Assembly: GCA_027339965.1 (NCBI GenBank)
Contig: DAHWNL010000049.1
Location: 1-64,000, forward strand
From: Granulicella sp.
GTDB lineage: Bacteria; Acidobacteriota; Terriglobia; Terriglobales; Acidobacteriaceae
Direction: 5' to 3'
Length of the DNA stretch: 64,000 nucleotides
Part shown: positions 1 through 8,900 of the stretch, one piece after another
Numbering within the stretch: the stretch's first letter is position 1
Layout: each line of letters opens with the position of its first letter
Notes under the pieces: generated by a model
What the model saw: the letters and a program-made list of their open reading frames with translations, nothing else
Told to the model about the DNA's origin: nothing
Databases searched by the model: none
Program-made: the position numbers and the translations under genes

Positions 1-141
1 GAGACTGTTTTTCCACCCTTGCCACCCACCTTGGAAATCAATGAAGCCGATTTCCACATTCCCACCGCTACCACGACCAGGAGATGAATTAATCTCTCAC
101 AACCGGCACGCTAAGAGATACGCAATCTGAGGGCAAGGTCA
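1..141. mobile_element. Probable terminal segment of an insertion sequence (IS3-like TG...CA end), truncated by the window edge
   Basis: Ends ...GAGGGCAAGGTCA at 141 (reverse complement TGACCTTGCCCTC, like IS3-family termini). Contains the hairpin TGGAAATC-n9-GATTTCCA followed by CATTCCCACCGC, a motif I recall from acidobacterial IS ends. No transposase in the window. Confidence 0.4.
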
Positions 142-145
142 AAGG

Positions 146-189
146 TACCCCCAGCGAAACAGTGAAGATACCCCCAAAGGCACCCCCAC
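146..189. repeat. Three short direct repeats (T/C)ACCCCCA, resembling tyrosine-integrase (P4-like) arm-binding sites
   Basis: TACCCCCAG 146-154, TACCCCCAA 169-177 and CACCCCCAC 181-189 lie ~115-155 bp beyond the tRNA-Ser 3' end. Confidence 0.5.
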
Positions 190-301
190 TGGAATCTGGC
201 TTTCATAATACCCAGATGGACAGTGTAGAGCGAGAAGTTATTTTTTTTCAGTGGAATTTGGCTTCAGGTGGGATGTTCTGGGATGTCCTCGGAAGGCTCA
301 G

Positions 302-389
302 TGGCGGAGAGACAGGGATTCGAACCCTGGATACCTTGCGGTATACACGCTTTCCAAGCGTGCGCCTTCAGCCACTCGGCCATCTCTCC
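302..389 (-). tRNA. tRNA-Ser(GGA)
   Basis: Minus strand reads GGAGAGATGGCCGAGTGG...CACGC-TTGGAAA-GCGTG, long variable arm, GGTTCGAATCC, encoded CCA end. Confidence 0.97.
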
Positions 390-500
390 GCTTCACCACC
401 AGACAACCCTCTGACTGTATCACACGCAGCGAGGGAAGCGAAGCTCGCCCCCGAGCGAAGAGTTTGTTGATGCGCTCCGTTTGAGGATTCCAGGCAACTC

Positions 501-1403
501 TCAGGATGGAACCTGCTTGGCGTAGCCCAGAATGAAGCGGCGGAAGGCGCCAGTGTTCCCTCGAGGCTCCGGCCCGGCGGGGTAGGCAAGCGAGAACTTT
601 CGCTGCAGCTTCAGTCCCTTAACCTGCGCGATGCTCAGGGTGTGCAAGGCCATCTGATTGCGCATCGCCCAGCGCGAGACAAAGGTGAAACCCAGGCCGG
701 CCTCAACAGCGCTTAGCAGCCCCTCTGTCGAGTCAAGATTCATTACCACCCTCAGATTCTTCTTTTTGAGCCCCAATTTGGCTAGCGCATTCTCTACAAC
801 GCGACGGGAACCAGATCCAACCTCTCGCATCAACAAAGGCGCGCTCTCCAGCTCAGCAGCTTCAATCCGTCGCCCGGCCCAGGGGTGATCGGCAGGAACC
901 ACCAACACCATCTCGTCTTCCATAAAGGGCTCTGTACGCAAATCCTTCCTCATCCCGGGCCCTTCAATCAGCGCGATCTGAATTCGATGCTCCGCTACCG
1001 CTTCCAGCATCGCATCCGTATTGCCGCTGATGGCGGTGACGTTGACTCGAGGATACTCCCGCAAAAAGAGTGCCACAAACCGGGGCAAGAGATATTGGCC
1101 GATGGTCTGCGAAGCCCCTAGCGCGAGATTCCCGTCGTTGCGTCCGGCCGCGCTGGTCACAGCCTCAAAGGCTGCCGTTGAGATGGAACTCATCTGGTCC
1201 GCGAACGGGAGAAGCGCCTCTCCGGCTGAAGTCAGCACCACTCGTCCGCCGCTTCGGTCAAACAGCGGAACCCTAAACTCCTCCTCCAGGGCTTTGATCT
1301 GCTGCGTGATCGCGGGCTGGGTAAGAAGAAGTTCTTCGGCGGCCCGCGTGAAGTTCAGATGCCGTGCCACCGTGCGAAAGACCTTGATGCGAAAGTTCTC
1401 CAT
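501..1403 (-). CDS. LysR-family transcriptional regulator (CysL-like)
   Basis: N-terminal HTH (NFTRAAEELLLTQPAITQQIKALEE); substrate domain with GASQTIG and REVGSGSR; next to a sulfite exporter. Confidence 0.9.
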   Translation of the reverse strand: MENFRIKVFRTVARHLNFTRAAEELLLTQPAITQQIKALEEEFRVPLFDRSGGRVVLTSAGEALLPFADQMSSISTAAFEAVTSAAGRNDGNLALGASQTIGQYLLPRFVALFLREYPRVNVTAISGNTDAMLEAVAEHRIQIALIEGPGMRKDLRTEPFMEDEMVLVVPADHPWAGRRIEAAELESAPLLMREVGSGSRRVVENALAKLGLKKKNLRVVMNLDSTEGLLSAVEAGLGFTFVSRWAMRNQMALHTLSIAQVKGLKLQRKFSLAYPAGPEPRGNTGAFRRFILGYAKQVPS

Positions 1404-1578
1404 GGCGACCTACTCGGAATCCAATGTTCACCCTCGACTCCGCATGATCTGATGTCATCACCCCTATCCAGGGTAACCGCGATGGTTGCAAGCGTGGAGG
1501 TTTATCCTCCGCATGCCTCGCATGGACCAAACCCTGCAACCTTAAAGGCCCGCAATCCAACGATCTACAGGAGGGGCG

Positions 1579-1956
1579 CTATTGGAAGCCGTGGCTGAGG
1601 CTATAGAGTAGGACCAACAGAACAATAGAGCTGACCAGCACATACAAGCGGTCTCTTTGTCGGGCGAACCCGATCACGCAGAAGACGACACGCGCGATGG
1701 GGGTCGCAATCAAAAGCACAAGACCTAACTGGATGACGGACTTGGGATCAAGGTGAACCGCGCCTTGCCAGATGCCGGAGATGGTTCTCAGCCCCGGACC
1801 ACCTGCATTGAACCTCTGAAACCGAGTGATGGAGGCGTGAGGCTGGCGAAGATACAGCAAGCCACCAAGGATGGACACAAGGGCTGCTGCGGTTACGCCA
1901 AACCGGAGCATGCCCGCTACGGAGAGTTCCAGCTCATGATCGCTCGGCTTGCGCAT
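1579..1956 (-). CDS. DUF1634-type membrane protein
   Basis: 125 aa, three hydrophobic segments, GLVLLIATPIARV motif; coupled to the upstream TauE gene. Confidence 0.8.
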   Translation of the reverse strand: MRKPSDHELELSVAGMLRFGVTAAALVSILGGLLYLRQPHASITRFQRFNAGGPGLRTISGIWQGAVHLDPKSVIQLGLVLLIATPIARVVFCVIGFARQRDRLYVLVSSIVLLVLLYSLSHGFQ

Positions 1957-2792
1957 CAGATCCTCCCCGTAATGCCGCTATAGATCATCTCGACGCCAAG
2001 CACCACAACGACCACAGCAAAGATCTGCTTCAACATGGAGACCCTCGCCTTCACCAGAACCCTTGTGCCGAGCAGAGAGCCGCACAAGACGCCTAGCATC
2101 ACCGACAAAGCGATCGTCGGGTCAATGTATCCGCGAGAGAGATAGATACCCGCGCTGGCAGCGGCCGTAACTCCAATCATGAAGTTGCTGGTGGTGGTGG
2201 ATACCTTGAAGGGCAGCCTCATCACCTGATCCATGGCCAGCACCTTTACGGCCCCGGAACCGATGCCCAGCAGCCCGGAGAGCGTGCCAGCTCCAAACAT
2301 CAGTCCGAATCCGAAGGGAACACGCTCAGCAGAGTATGCCTGGATTCCATCAGCCGTGGTATACCTTCCCGTCAGCTCCAGCTTGTTTGCCAGCGTGCCC
2401 GGTTGAATCGGCACCAGATGATCGACGTTGCTGCGAAAGGAAGAGATAGCCGAGTAAAGAAGCACGATCCCAAAGATAATGGCGATCCAGTGGCCGGAGA
2501 TCTTGGCTGCCAGATAGGCTCCCATGACGGCGCCGAGCGTCGTCGCCACCTCCAGAAACATGCCGACGCGAATATTGGAAAGCCCCTCGCGCACGTAGGC
2601 AATCGCCGCTCCCGACGAGGTTGCGATCACAGAGACCAGAGAGGCTCCAATGGCATAGCGAATATCAACTTTGAAGAGCAAAGCCAGGAGTGGAACGATG
2701 ACCACGCCGCCACCCAGGCCGGTCATGGCTCCCAGCAGGCCTGCGGCAACCGACGCAGCAAACAGAAGAGAACTGAAGACCAATACGCTCAA
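1956..2792 (-). CDS. Sulfite exporter TauE/SafE (TSUP) family protein
   Basis: Polytopic membrane protein with repeated GLGGGVVIVP / GLLGIGSG motifs and STTTSNFMIG. Confidence 0.9.
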   Translation of the reverse strand: MSVLVFSSLLFAASVAAGLLGAMTGLGGGVVIVPLLALLFKVDIRYAIGASLVSVIATSSGAAIAYVREGLSNIRVGMFLEVATTLGAVMGAYLAAKISGHWIAIIFGIVLLYSAISSFRSNVDHLVPIQPGTLANKLELTGRYTTADGIQAYSAERVPFGFGLMFGAGTLSGLLGIGSGAVKVLAMDQVMRLPFKVSTTTSNFMIGVTAAASAGIYLSRGYIDPTIALSVMLGVLCGSLLGTRVLVKARVSMLKQIFAVVVVVLGVEMIYSGITGRI

Positions 2793-2955
2793 GTTTGATC
2801 CTATGGGGCAGGCATCCGGCAGCCAACGGTGCGGGTGAGAACGCCGAAACGCCCCTCGCTCTCAACGGACTTTTGGTTTGCATCCCCATCTTTGCAGGGC
2901 GCCTTTGAGCCGACCCGGATAAAAAACTTGCTCTCCGAACCCACTCCCTGTCTTC

Positions 2956-3232
2956 GCACCCTATGATAGCAGAGGTTCGATGCTGGACAGGGAAGCCAGC
3001 ATCAGGATGACGCCAATCCGATTGCGTTAGAGACGGGAGGACGTGAGTTGCTCTTGTCCTGGCCAGGGAAGCCCCAACCTACAAAGGAGTCTCGTACCCG
3101 ATGACGTGTGGCATCGGTTCCCCCATGATTCAGCATCCTGGAACGATCTGCAACAAAGCTCGCCGTGACAGCCTGAAGCTGAAGGGCGGACGGCGGGGAA
3201 GCGGCCCCGGCGGCGCCAACCGGAGCGCAAGC
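2956..3232. ncRNA. Candidate large structured non-coding element (possible orphan IS110-family non-coding end)
   Basis: Many nested stems (2979-2986/2996-3003, 3022-3028/3224-3230, 3030-3034/3089-3093, 3038-3042/3056-3060, 3098-3103/3112-3117, 3161-3166/3190-3195); no credible ORF. Confidence 0.45.
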
Positions 3233-3255
3233 TTGTAGAGGTACAGATTGGCGGA

Positions 3256-4998
3256 CTACGGCGATGCAGGATACTCCGCGACCGTGGGCGTGTTGCGGTT
3301 CGGAGCAGGATGGGCCGCCGCGCCGGTATTGTTGATTACGTGGTCGATCGCACCGTGATTCACCAGCGCCGTGGTCAGCATATGGTGAAAGCGAACCCCG
3401 GCGGTGCGAGGAGCTTCGATCGCCCGGGTCAGGGTCACATGCGGCGTCATAAAGACGCTATAGATGCCTAAACCCCATGCCTCGTGATGAAGTACCTTTG
3501 GCGCAACTTTGTAGGAAGCCCAGCCGTTGGTGTCTGCTGCGCTCCTCCAGGCAGCCTGGGATGGCAGTCGATAGGGGATCTCGGACTGATAAAAATACAC
3601 TCGCCCGTACTCGCCGGTCCACAGAGTTTGAAACTGTTGGTGATGCTCGACGAAGAGCCCGTAGGCCGTAACGAAGTCGCCGTTGACGATCAGTCCGTTC
3701 CGGCTGGGATTCAGGTTCCAGCCGACACCTGTGCCATGGTCCGCGCGCCAGATCCAGGTGTCGTCGATCAGCGTGTCGTCCGCATTCACGATCAAATCAG
3801 CATCCACGCTGCCGGGTATGGCCCCTCCCACGCGGAAGAAGACATCGTGCAGGGAGATAGGGTTGGTAGCGTGGCGCTCGTGACGGCCGGGTTCACCCAC
3901 TTCGAGCAGGGACGGGGAGCGCTTCCCGCCGGCTTCAAAGAGCAGCCCGGATACCGTGACACCGGCGACGTCGCTAATTTGCATGGCGGGCTTACCCGCG
4001 ACGGAGCGCAGCGTGGCAAAGCCAAGCCCAAAAACGACAGCGTTTCTGCGCATCACTTTAAGGGGGCTTGTCAGCTCGTAAATGCCGGGCGTGAACAGCA
4101 GATTCTTACCCCGTTCCAGGGCAGCATTTAGCGTAGCGGAGGTGTCTGAGTTCGCATGGGCTATATAAAACCTGGATAACGGCACCCTGCGGCCGGGGGT
4201 AGATCCGTTGCGCCAGCCGGGGCCGGAGGTGTGGTGGCGAAGCCTGGGTACAATGATCTCCCAAGAACCACCTGCATAAGCCAGGAAAGGCTTTTCGCGC
4301 GTCACAGGAGCGGTGGCCAGCACCGTATAAGGCGGGTGAGGCCAGTTGCCAGCAGGCGGGTGATTCACGCCTACGAAGACCATGTTCCAGTTTGCGCCTG
4401 TCCAATTGTTCCAGTCGACGTTGCGCGAGATCCACTGCTGCTGGGTTTCTGAGTCGACGGTTCCGTCGATGACGCTATCAGAGAGCCAGCCCCCGGAAGC
4501 CCAGCCGTGATTCTGGGCCAGGACCAGGTTGCCCGCGATATGCATGCGGCGAAGCGAAACTCCCTGGGAGACTGCCCATTGCATTGTGCCGGTAGTGGGC
4601 AGAACGGTAAAACCCTCGGCAGAGCGCCAGAAGGTACAGGTGGCGTTATTGTTCGGCAGGGATGCGTCGGCATGCACCTCGCCATGGACGCGTACCGCGT
4701 CCGGCGTCGGACCCAGCCCGAGAACTTGGGTATAGAAGCCCACCGGGATATTCAGGTGATACGATCCCGGCAGCAAAAGAATCGCGAAACGCCCTGGGCC
4801 GAATTCGCTATGTTCCTGTTGCGCGTAAATGCGGTCCACCTCGGCCTGCATGGACGCTGCATTCTGGCCCGTCCCCAGCAGCAGGACGTTCTGACCAAAG
4901 GGGTTGGTCATCTGTTGCCCTGCGGCTAAGCAGGCTTGACTTAGCGTGATCCACAACAAGCTTTGGAGGATTCTAAAAGGCAAACCATGCTTTGACAT
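3256..4998 (-). CDS. Secreted GH55-like exo-beta-1,3-glucanase (beta-helix)
   Basis: Signal peptide; motifs NATCTFWRSAE, WAVSQ, WIWRADHG, GLFVEH and FYQSE typical of bacterial GH55. Confidence 0.8.
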   Translation of the reverse strand: MSKHGLPFRILQSLLWITLSQACLAAGQQMTNPFGQNVLLLGTGQNAASMQAEVDRIYAQQEHSEFGPGRFAILLLPGSYHLNIPVGFYTQVLGLGPTPDAVRVHGEVHADASLPNNNATCTFWRSAEGFTVLPTTGTMQWAVSQGVSLRRMHIAGNLVLAQNHGWASGGWLSDSVIDGTVDSETQQQWISRNVDWNNWTGANWNMVFVGVNHPPAGNWPHPPYTVLATAPVTREKPFLAYAGGSWEIIVPRLRHHTSGPGWRNGSTPGRRVPLSRFYIAHANSDTSATLNAALERGKNLLFTPGIYELTSPLKVMRRNAVVFGLGFATLRSVAGKPAMQISDVAGVTVSGLLFEAGGKRSPSLLEVGEPGRHERHATNPISLHDVFFRVGGAIPGSVDADLIVNADDTLIDDTWIWRADHGTGVGWNLNPSRNGLIVNGDFVTAYGLFVEHHQQFQTLWTGEYGRVYFYQSEIPYRLPSQAAWRSAADTNGWASYKVAPKVLHHEAWGLGIYSVFMTPHVTLTRAIEAPRTAGVRFHHMLTTALVNHGAIDHVINNTGAAAHPAPNRNTPTVAEYPASP

Positions 4999-5351
4999 AG
5001 ATTTCGAGACCCGACGATCGTATTAGGCGCTCCTGGAAGAGAGTCCGTCAAGCGGCTTCAGAGCTTTTCCTTCTTGGCGTCTCAGCTGAAGACATTCGAT
5101 TGCATAGGATTAATCTCTCCGCGGAAGGTTCCACGCAGGCATAAGTCTTGGCAGTCCAAAGCGCCGGCCATCCAGGAACGGTTGCTTTCGGAGCGGCCTA
5201 ATGAGAGGCAAGCAGGAATGGAGAGTATGCTCTGGGCGAAAGCTCAGGCGGAGGGATAGAACCGAGCTGTTCTGCCCCTATGGGATTCGGCAACCTGAGA
5301 GAGGGGAAGAGAAAGATTGCGGAGGAAAGATCGTAGGTGGAGGAGGATGAA

Positions 5352-5428
<77 letters not shown>

Positions 5429-5745
5429 AACATGACCCTTGGAGAAAGCACCCAGGGTTTGCTGATCTTCCGCCGATGGCGCAGAACCTAGCGATAAGAG
5501 TGGAATCACAAAGGCCCGCACCTTCCCTTCGATAGTAGCAGAAGTTCATCCGAACGAAGCAGGAGACGTTGAGCGGCAAGCCTTGACTCCATGCGAACGA
5601 AATCTCCAAAGGCAGCATCGCTGCATTCCGACGCGCGCATCCACCTTTGGAATGCAGCCGGGAATTCAGGCATCCATTTCTTGCCAGGCGCGTCTCTCGC
5701 GTCAGGATTCCAGCAAGAAGATGACACGCTCCCGGACGAAGATCC

Positions 5746-7536
5746 TCATGAGGGCGAAGCAGTTGCCGCGCTGGCGGACTTCGTTGTCTTCTTTACAACT
5801 CCTTTGGCCGTCTTCTTCCCGTCTCCTTTGGCCGTCTTCTTTCCGGCCTTCGCTTTTATCGGCTTCTTGCCCGTATTGCCGGCGGCGGGCTTCTTGGCTG
5901 CTCCTTGCACTGGCCGTTTGGATCGAGGAACGCCGTAGGCCTCTCCATGACGAACGATCTTCTTTTCGTCGAAGGAGCTTGTGTTCGGATCGTTGAAGGT
6001 GGCGCCCGGAGGGACCAGTGTGTTGGTGACCGTCTTGCCGGAGGGCTGCCCGATTCGCAGCTCGATGCGGGAGGAATCGATGCCTTTCTCATCGACCAGA
6101 TACTGGCGGGCGTTCAGGGCGCGCTCCGCGCCAGCCTCGGGCTTCTCTGACTGCGCTCGGTTGCCCACGATCACCAGGCGTGCTGCGGCCTGTTGCTTCA
6201 AGGTCAGGGCAATGTCGTCCAGGCAACCCTTGGCCTCGTTGTCCACCCGCACCGGCCGGTGCCGGTCGCGGGTAAAGCTCAGGCTGCAGAGCGGCTGAGT
6301 CTGCGGCACCACGGGGACGATCGGGGCCGAGAGCGCCACCTGTGTGGTTGCCGTGGCCGTCTGGCCAAGATCGTCCACCGCGTTGCAGGTGACCGTGATG
6401 GTCTGCGGACTCAGGCCGGCCGTGGTAAGGATCGCCGTGGGACCGGAGCTCGCCACGACTCCGGCGGTTGCCGAGTAAGAGTACGTGAGAGGACGATTTT
6501 GCGGGCTGACTCCGACCGTGCTGATGGCGATGTCCGTTCCAGAGACCGCGTTGCTGGGGTTGGCGCTGCAGCTGAGGGTCGGCGGCTGGAACTTCAGGAT
6601 CGTGAACGGAGCAGCGCAGGAGGCCTGTCCCCGTGCACGAGATCCTTGCTGAACGTGACCTGTGACGGTGTAGTCGCCTGCGGTCATGCCCGTTGTATCG
6701 ATCGTGGCCTCAGGGCCGGAAGAGGTGATCTTACCCCCGTTGGAGGCCCAGTTGTAGACAGGAGTCTTCTTGGGGTTCAGATGCAGTGCATTAGCCTCTA
6801 TCTTGATCGGCTCGCCGGGATAGACGCTGACGGGCTGAGCGGAACAGCCGAGCATCACGGGATATGCCGGTTCCACGCTTCCCAGGCGAATGACCAAACC
6901 GGCGGATAGTTTCATATTGGTCAATGAACTGAAGCCGCCCTCGGTTCCTGACGGAAGGAGCAGCGGACCGTACACCACCTGGGAGTATTGGTAATCTGCC
7001 TGAATGGGCCGAAGAGCCAGGTGCTGATGGAAGAACGGCAGAATGTAGTCCAGGCCGACTCCGCCTGTCACGCCCCAACCCCACATCAGGCCCTGCCCGG
7101 CGGGGCCGTTGGTGCGTTCACCACCTCCCAGGGTGTGGAGGAAGGGTACAAATCGGCCTAGCGGCAGACGAAAGACGGGCCCGCCCTCCGCGGTGTAGAC
7201 CAGTTGACTGCAGGTCTCGCCTGTACAGGAGGGAAGATATTGCCGGTGCTCGTTGCTGCCGGAAAAGTAACCGCCCTCCATTTGCACGCCAAAGTAGCGG
7301 TTGAAGTAAACCGAGATGCTCAGGGTTGCGTTCGGGTTATAGACGCTCTGGAACTGATAGCCATCCACGCCGCTGTTGTCAGGATGGAAGTAACCATAGC
7401 CTCCGTAGATGTCCACCCGCGAGTCTACAATCTCCTCTCCCGCTTGGGTGGCCTGAGCGACACAGCGCAGTGCGGCTCCCAGCATCACGCCAAGACTGAG
7501 AAGACCACAGACGATCCGGGCCGACATGCGATGCAT
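5746..7536 (-). CDS. Outer-membrane beta-barrel / Ig(PKD)-like / OmpA-C-like protein with Lys-rich tail
   Basis: ATG 7536 follows GAGGAGG, then a signal peptide, a beta-barrel segment, two Cys-flanked Ig-like repeats and an OmpA-like C domain (AERALNARQYLV...GIDSSRI). The ORF-track start at 7683 is probably too long. Confidence 0.75.
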   Translation of the reverse strand: MHRMSARIVCGLLSLGVMLGAALRCVAQATQAGEEIVDSRVDIYGGYGYFHPDNSGVDGYQFQSVYNPNATLSISVYFNRYFGVQMEGGYFSGSNEHRQYLPSCTGETCSQLVYTAEGGPVFRLPLGRFVPFLHTLGGGERTNGPAGQGLMWGWGVTGGVGLDYILPFFHQHLALRPIQADYQYSQVVYGPLLLPSGTEGGFSSLTNMKLSAGLVIRLGSVEPAYPVMLGCSAQPVSVYPGEPIKIEANALHLNPKKTPVYNWASNGGKITSSGPEATIDTTGMTAGDYTVTGHVQQGSRARGQASCAAPFTILKFQPPTLSCSANPSNAVSGTDIAISTVGVSPQNRPLTYSYSATAGVVASSGPTAILTTAGLSPQTITVTCNAVDDLGQTATATTQVALSAPIVPVVPQTQPLCSLSFTRDRHRPVRVDNEAKGCLDDIALTLKQQAAARLVIVGNRAQSEKPEAGAERALNARQYLVDEKGIDSSRIELRIGQPSGKTVTNTLVPPGATFNDPNTSSFDEKKIVRHGEAYGVPRSKRPVQGAAKKPAAGNTGKKPIKAKAGKKTAKGDGKKTAKGVVKKTTKSASAATASPS

Positions 7537-7952
7537 TCTGGTGCTCTCCTCCTCAGATTCCATTCCTGTCCAGGCTGATTCGATTCGTTGCTGATTCGAT
7601 TCGCTCAGACACAGATCGAGGGACCGCTCGGAATCAAAATGATGTGATAACTCTAATATCTCAATAAGCAGAACAGTCTGCACCGGGCCAGGTGGAAAAC
7701 CGGCCTTTATTTACAGCACCCCTTGATGCCGGAGTCGGAAACGAATAAACTCACTCTTGATGAAAGATACCAGCTTCCGAGTTGCGCGATGTTCCAAGCT
7801 CACTGAAAAGTGTTGAGCGAACTCGTGCGCCATCTCCCGTGAACGGCTTTCATCCGAAATCTTCCTAGTCAATTCATAGTAATCCCACAGGCCTTTGCGG
7901 GGCACTCTATCTGCGATAACTCGGACCATCTTGGTCCACAAAGGGAGAAACT

Positions 7953-8900
7953 TTGAATACCGACAAGATCGCTAGCGAAGAAATTGCGAAGCAACTCTCT
8001 CGCAAACGGCTGAATCATCTGCAAGCTCTTGAGGCCGAGAGCCTTTACATCCTCCGCGAAGCCGTGGCGGAGTTCGCCCATCCGGTGATGCTTTACTCCA
8101 TTGGCAAGGACTCCAGCGTCATGCTGCGGCTGGCGCAGAAGGCCTTTTATCCGGGCAAGATGCCATTTCCTCTCCTTCATATTGATACCAGCTACAAGTT
8201 TCCCCAGATGATCGCCTTCCGCGATGAGTACACCAAGTCGATCGGAGCCGAGCTGATCGTCCATCGCAATGAAGCTGCGATTGCCCAAGGCGCTAGTCCC
8301 TGGAAACTGGGCACGCAAAACTGCTGCGGCGCGCTCAAGACGCGCTCCCTGCTGGACGCCCTGAACGAAGGCGGTTTTGATGCTGCTTTTGGCGGGGCCC
8401 GGCGGGACGAGGAGAAGAGCCGCGCCAAGGAGCGCGTCTACAGCTTCCGTGACGCGGCCGGGCAGTGGGACCCCAAAAATCAAAGGCCGGAGCTGTGGAG
8501 TCTCTACAACTCCCGACTGCGCAAGGGGGAGAGCATCCGTGTGTTTCCGCTCTCCAATTGGACAGAGTTGGATATATGGCTCTACCTCTACACCGAGCAG
8601 ATTCCCATCGTGCCGCTCTACTTTGCCGAAGAGCGTGAAGCCGTCATTCGCGGGGGCATGATCACGATGCTGCATCCGGGGATGCAGTTGCTGCCCTCGG
8701 AAAAGCCGGAAAAGATGATGTTGCGCATGCGATCGCTAGGCTGCATGCCGTGCACCGGAGCCATTCGCAGTCACGCGGAGACTCTGCCGCAGATTATCCA
8801 AGAGCTGATCGGTTTTCGGCGCAGTGAGCGCGAGGGAAGGGCGATCGACCACGATGAAGAGGGATCGATGGAGCTGAAAAAGAGGGAGGGCTACTTCTAA
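7953..8900 (+). CDS. cysD: Sulfate adenylyltransferase subunit 2
   Basis: [11 protein letters not shown]-loop, [26 protein letters not shown]-terminal KKREGYF. Confidence 0.97.
   Translation: MNTDKIASEEIAKQLSRKRLNHLQALEAESLYILREAVAEFAHPVMLYSIGKDSSVMLRLAQKAFYPGKMPFPLLHIDTSYKFPQMIAFRDEYTKSIGAELIVHRNEAAIAQGASPWKLGTQNCCGALKTRSLLDALNEGGFDAAFGGARRDEEKSRAKERVYSFRDAAGQWDPKNQRPELWSLYNSRLRKGESIRVFPLSNWTELDIWLYLYTEQIPIVPLYFAEEREAVIRGGMITMLHPGMQLLPSEKPEKMMLRMRSLGCMPCTGAIRSHAETLPQIIQELIGFRRSEREGRAIDHDEEGSMELKKREGYF

Noticed and set aside
2985..3075. AGGGAAGCC motifs as a cobalamin riboswitch
   Set aside because: No B12 box or GCCCCCGC/ACTG core, and the orientation does not lead into a gene.
5200..5351. 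Possible att remnant at the tRNA-Pro 3' end
   Set aside because: I found no duplicate of the tRNA 3' end and no integrase; too weak to call.
7860..7890. Rrf2/CymR-like site upstream of cysD
   Set aside because: AT-rich and suggestive, but no clear palindrome or second copy to support it.
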